The notes under the pieces were generated by a model that did no database searches, had not been told where the DNA came from, and worked only from the letters and a program-made list of their open reading frames with translations. Made by a program: the position numbers and the translations under genes. Positions 59,476-64,000 of a DNA stretch of 64,000 nucleotides are shown piece after piece. Within the stretch, counting starts at the first letter, position 1; every line of letters starts with the position of its first letter. This DNA comes from Takakia lepidozioides (Eukaryota; Plantae; Bryophyta): assembly GCA_030704615.1 (NCBI GenBank), contig CM060733.1:48670001-48734000 (forward strand). The letters are read 5' to 3'.

Positions 59476-62400
59476 TGTCGCGCACCTCACTTCGGTAAGC
59501 TCCCCTTCATATCATAGATACTCACTTTGATGCACGCGCCTAACTCCCAAACTGGCTGCCTGGCCAATTCGGAGCTTCGGCTGCTCACCGGGACATAACG
59601 GTCCCCCTTTGCTCTTCCACAAGACCCTCGTTCACTTTGGGCCTAGTGGAAACTCCCTTTGGTTGTTGGCAGTCCGGAACAGCTCCCCATACCTTGGTCG
59701 CTTTCCGGCTCACACGCTTACTCACTAGTTTTTTGTCACCAACGGGCTTGCACCGTTCTCGGGGTTACTACTCCCTATATATACTTCTGTGACTGTCCGC
59801 GGGGGTTTCACAAACAACACCGTCTTTTTATGGCGAACCACCACGAAGACCTTTGACTCCCGGTGATGAGTCGTGGTGAGTCTTGGCCCACCCACCACGG
59901 CCCCAATGGACCATGATGAGTCCCAAGACTCCCCACGACTCCCACCACAAGGTCTCCACCCCATGGTGAGTCCTATGCGACCCCCACTAAGACCCACTAA
60001 ACTACCACCACCCCTCGTGAAACCACCCCCGCCGCAACCCGGTATGCGGGGCTCCACCTAGTGAATTCCTCTGGCTCCTTGAGTGCCTTGGGCACTCAAG
60101 GGTGCTTCAGCCCCCATACCTATTGTTGCCACTACCCCCATCACAGGGGCAGCCCCTCTTGTGTCCCGACCCCCCTACCCTCAAGGCAAAGGGCCGCGAC
60201 ACACACCCCTACCAATAGGGAGTCGATGTCCTCGTCGACTTGTCCATTTTGTAGAAACTAACATCCAAGTTGTGGCGTCCACATCAAGGAGTTTGTTTCC
60301 ATACCATGGCGTCCCATGGCAAAGAACCAAACCCCCACTTGACTCTACTCTCCACTAGCAAGTTTGGCCGACTTCCTCCAAGTCCCGGCCAAAGGTAGAG
60401 CCTCTCCAGCTCTACCCAGTGCACTCTTCTTGGACCACTTCAAGGCCAAGGAACGATCATCCCTGAGGATCGAATCGCCTTACTGCAACAACATTGCTTG
60501 TGATCACTCATGATGCCACTTTTTGGCATCACCTTGAGCAAGAGTTTACCTTGAACCCTTTTTGACTAGGAAGATAACCTTGAACCAACCGTGCGCCCCA
60601 ACTATTACAATTGGGTCCACCTTGGAATGCTGGCCTGAGGTACGGGAACACGCCGAAGCCGCACTACGACTCCGTCCCGAGGTTACACGATTATAGTACA
60701 TAAACGGAAGCACGTAGCTTCCGCGTTAGCCCGCACTACAAGACAACCCCCTCGATAGCGCAGTTATAGTACGCGCACTAGCACGTGAACTCCTAAAGAA
60801 GGCGCAAGTTTCCTTGTCCCTTGGATGAGATTCACCCGATTTCGGCACTGCGCAAACACACGATTAATCCAATTTACCTCTACCACTTTTATAAGCTAGG
60901 ATGCATTCTACACACTAGCCAACCATACCATGCATCACCATTCCAAGCAAAATAGGACGCACAACATTTGGAAATCATTTCATTTATAAACAAAATTTGT
61001 ACAACACAAGTTTTTACAATCGGATTCCTGAGCTAGCTAAGCCGGACTAAGCATGCATTTCCTCCCCCACGATCCAAGGTTGATGTCCCCATCAACGCTT
61101 CTTCAGCTTCTGAGGTCGCCCTTCAAAAGCTGCAACCGCCTCGGATGTGTTTCCCATTTCTGAGGCACGCACACAAGTTACTTACACTTGATGATAGCCT
61201 TTCAATTTCACGAGATACTCCGTTTCTCGATTCTTGAACCTCCTCTACGTAAGCACTGCCTCCACCTCGTACTTAGGTTCATTTTCATGATCCAACAACA
61301 CAGGTGGCGTATGCAACACTTGATGCCGATTCGGACGCGCTTCATCTTTTGAAGTAAGGCTTCAAAAGGGAAACGTGGAATACCGGATGCACCTTGTTGT
61401 TTGCCGGCAACTCCAATTCATACACATCCTCATTCATAACCTTCCGGATACGAAAGGGCCCCGCATACAGAGATATAAACTTTGGACTCACTTCCGGAGG
61501 TAGTCGAAAATTCTTGGTGTTCAACTAGACCTCCGTGCCTGCCTCAAACTTAACTTCCCTCCGCTTCCGATTCGCCTGCCGTTCATACCGTTTTCCTAGA
61601 TTTGACAATGTTGTACTTTACGAGCTCCAACAAACGCTCGTGTTTTTCCAGCACCACTGCTGCTGCCGGTTCCTCAACGTCCTGGGTGGCCCAACTTGTC
61701 GGCACCAGAGGTGATTTCCATAGACCAATACGAAAGGGGAAACTCCCGTTGCGGAGTGTTTTGTGTTATTATAACAGAACTCTACCGCATCCAAGTGCTC
61801 TACCTAGTCTAACTGGTCTGCCGACACATAATTCTGCAAGATCTGCTTCACCACGAAATTCACTCTGTCCGTTTGGCCGTCTGTTGTAGGTTGGAAGGCC
61901 GTGCTCATGTTGAGCCTCGTCCCCATTTTCTTCCAAAGTGTCCTCCAAAATTTACTTGTAAACTTTGGAGCGATTTAACCCCCAACCTCAAGTCCTCCAT
62001 CACGGACTTTGTCATCTCATCCTTCCGGTAAGCCTTCCGGATCTTCCTTTGGAACGTCGTCTCGCTCCTGTACAGCAACATGAGCTGCTGTTTTCTACTT
62101 AAAGCATCGGCCACCACGTTGTCCCGTCCCGGTTTGTACTGGATATCCACGTCAAACATTGCCAAAGTGTCTTGCCACCTAAGTTGTTTTGGTGACAATT
62201 TAGACTATGTGGCAAAATACTTCACCGTGACATTGTCCGTGAACACCTTCACTGGGTTGGAACCAACATAGTGGTGCCAAAGCTCAAGGCAATGTACCAC
62301 CGCCTTCATTTCTTTCTCGTGCGTAGGCCATCGTCGCTCCACTTCATTCAGTTTCTTACTTTCGTAAGTCACTGGACGTCCATACTGCATGAGCACACCC

Positions 62401-62854
62401 CCAATTGCGAAGTCCAACACATCTGTGTGAATCTCAAATGGACGGTCCAACTCCGGGATTTTCAGGACTGGAGCTTCCGCCATCCGCTGCTTCAATTCGG
62501 CAAAAGCTTGGCCACAAAAGGTGTTCCATACCCATATCTTGGACTTACACAGAAGGTCTGACAGTGGCCCCGCGATCTTGGCGAAATTTCTCACATACTT
62601 TCGATAATAGGAGACAAGTCTTAAGAAGGATCGCACTCCCGGGACCGAAGTCGGAGGCTCCAAGTCCAAAATCGCCCTCACATTTCTGTCATCCATTTTG
62701 ATCCCATCCTGTGTAATCACATGCCCTAGGAACTCCACTTTTGTGACCCCGAATTCGCACTTTGAAGCTTTGACATACAGTTTCCCTTCCCGCAATTTTA
62801 GGAACACCCTTTTGAGGTGCTTCAGGTGTTTTTTTCGAGTACACCAAGATGTCG
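59476..62854 (-). mobile_element. Older, internally deleted copy of the same chromovirus (3' LTR, 3' spacer, chromodomain, partial integrase, RNase H, part of RT)
   Basis: LTR 59476-60201 homologous to 15617-16342 with many substitutions; ORFs 61342..61524, 61905..62198, 62205..62864; deletion junction near 61970. Confidence 0.93.
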
Positions 62855-64000
62855 TGTTGCGCACCTCACCTCGGTAAGCTCCCCCCTCAAGTCATAGTTA
62901 CTCGCTTTGATGCGCGCGCCTGACTCCCAACCGGCCGCCGGGCCAACTTGGAGCTTCGGCTGCTCACCGGGACATAACGGTCCCCCTTCGCTCTCCCGAA
63001 AGACCCTCCACCTATTTGGGCCTAGTGGAATTCCCTTTGGTAGATGGCAGTCCGGAACAGCTCCCCACTCTTTGGTCGCTTTCCGGCTCGCTCACTTACT
63101 CACTAGTTTTTGGTCACCAACGGGCTTGCACCGTTCTCGGGGTTACTACTCCCTATATATACTTCTGTAGCTGTCCGCGGGGGTTTCACAACCAGCCATG
63201 CCATTTTATGGCGAACCACCACGAAGACCCTCGATTCCCGGTGGTGAATCGCGGTGAGTCTTGGCCCGCTCACCACGGCCCCTATGGACCGTGATGAGTC
63301 CCAAGACTCCCCACGACTCCCACCACGAGGTCTCCGCCCCCATGGTGAGTCCTATGCCACCCCCACTAAGTCCCACTAAGCTACCACCACCCCTTGTGGA
63401 GCCACCCCCACCGCAACCCGGTGTGCGGGGCTCCACCTAGTGAGCGCCTCCGCTTCCCTGAGTGCCTTGGGCACTCAAGGGTGCTTCAGCCCCCCATACC
63501 TATCGCTGTCGCTGCCCCCACCACAGGGGCAGCCCCTCATGTGTCCCGACCCCCTGCCCTCAAGGCAAAGGGCCGCGACACACACCCCTACCAACAGAGA
63601 GTCGATGTCCTCGTCGACTTGTCCATTTTGTAGAAACGAACATCCAAGTTGTGGCGTCCCACATCAAGGAGTTTGTTTCTGTACCATGGCGTCCCATGGC
63701 AAAGAGCCAAACCCCACACTTGACTCTACTCTCCACTAGCTAGTTCGGCTGACTTCCTCCAAGTCCCGGCCAAGGGTGGAGCCTCTCCAGCTCCTCCTAG
63801 TGCACTCTTCTTGGCCTACTTCAAGGCCAAGGAACGATCCTCCCCGAGGATCGAATCGCCTTACTGCAACAACATTGTTTGCGATCGCTCATGATGCCGC
63901 TTTTGGCATCACCTTGAGCAAGGGTTCACTTGGAATCCTCTTTGACTAGGAAAATAACCTTGAACCAACCGTGCGCCCCAATCACTACAATTGGGTCCGC
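62855..64000 (-). mobile_element. Third copy of the chromovirus (3' LTR 62855-63580 plus 3' spacer), interrupting the older copy and running off the window
   Basis: TGTTGCGCACC...GGCCGCGACA LTR followed by sequence homologous to ~15195-15616; closer to copy 1 than the 59476 LTR is. Confidence 0.92.

Overview
Eukaryotic, intron-rich land-plant nuclear DNA; the 14-3-3 sequence is very close to moss proteins as I recall them, so a bryophyte (possibly hornwort) is likely but not proven. Positions 1-27.7 kb are a transposon nest: a frameshifted SWIM-finger ORF, three palindrome-containing tandem arrays, Gypsy, Copia and LINE fragments, and a complete 17.1-kb Mutator-like element (MULE; 7588-24684, ~300-bp TIRs, perfect 9-bp TSD GTTTGTAAG). 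The MULE holds a nested full-length chromovirus (9407-16342, TSD CGCGG). It encodes a spliced DDE/SWIM transposase resembling the conserved plant host genes At4g13970/At1g60560 and, convergently, an accessory protein with a C2HC zinc finger, Gln/Thr repeats and an apparently catalytically dead ULP1/C48-like domain. One short DNA motif (CAGTCYG/CRGACTG) recurs throughout the element. Positions 29-57.3 kb are a compact gene island: 14-3-3, calmodulin-like, mitochondrial-type IF3, DEG2/9-like protease, ATP synthase subunit f and Cu/Zn SOD. Positions 59.5-64 kb hold two more copies of the same chromovirus on the minus strand, one abutting the RT active-site codons of the other. Many TE frameshifts lie in homopolymers and may be long-read assembly errors.
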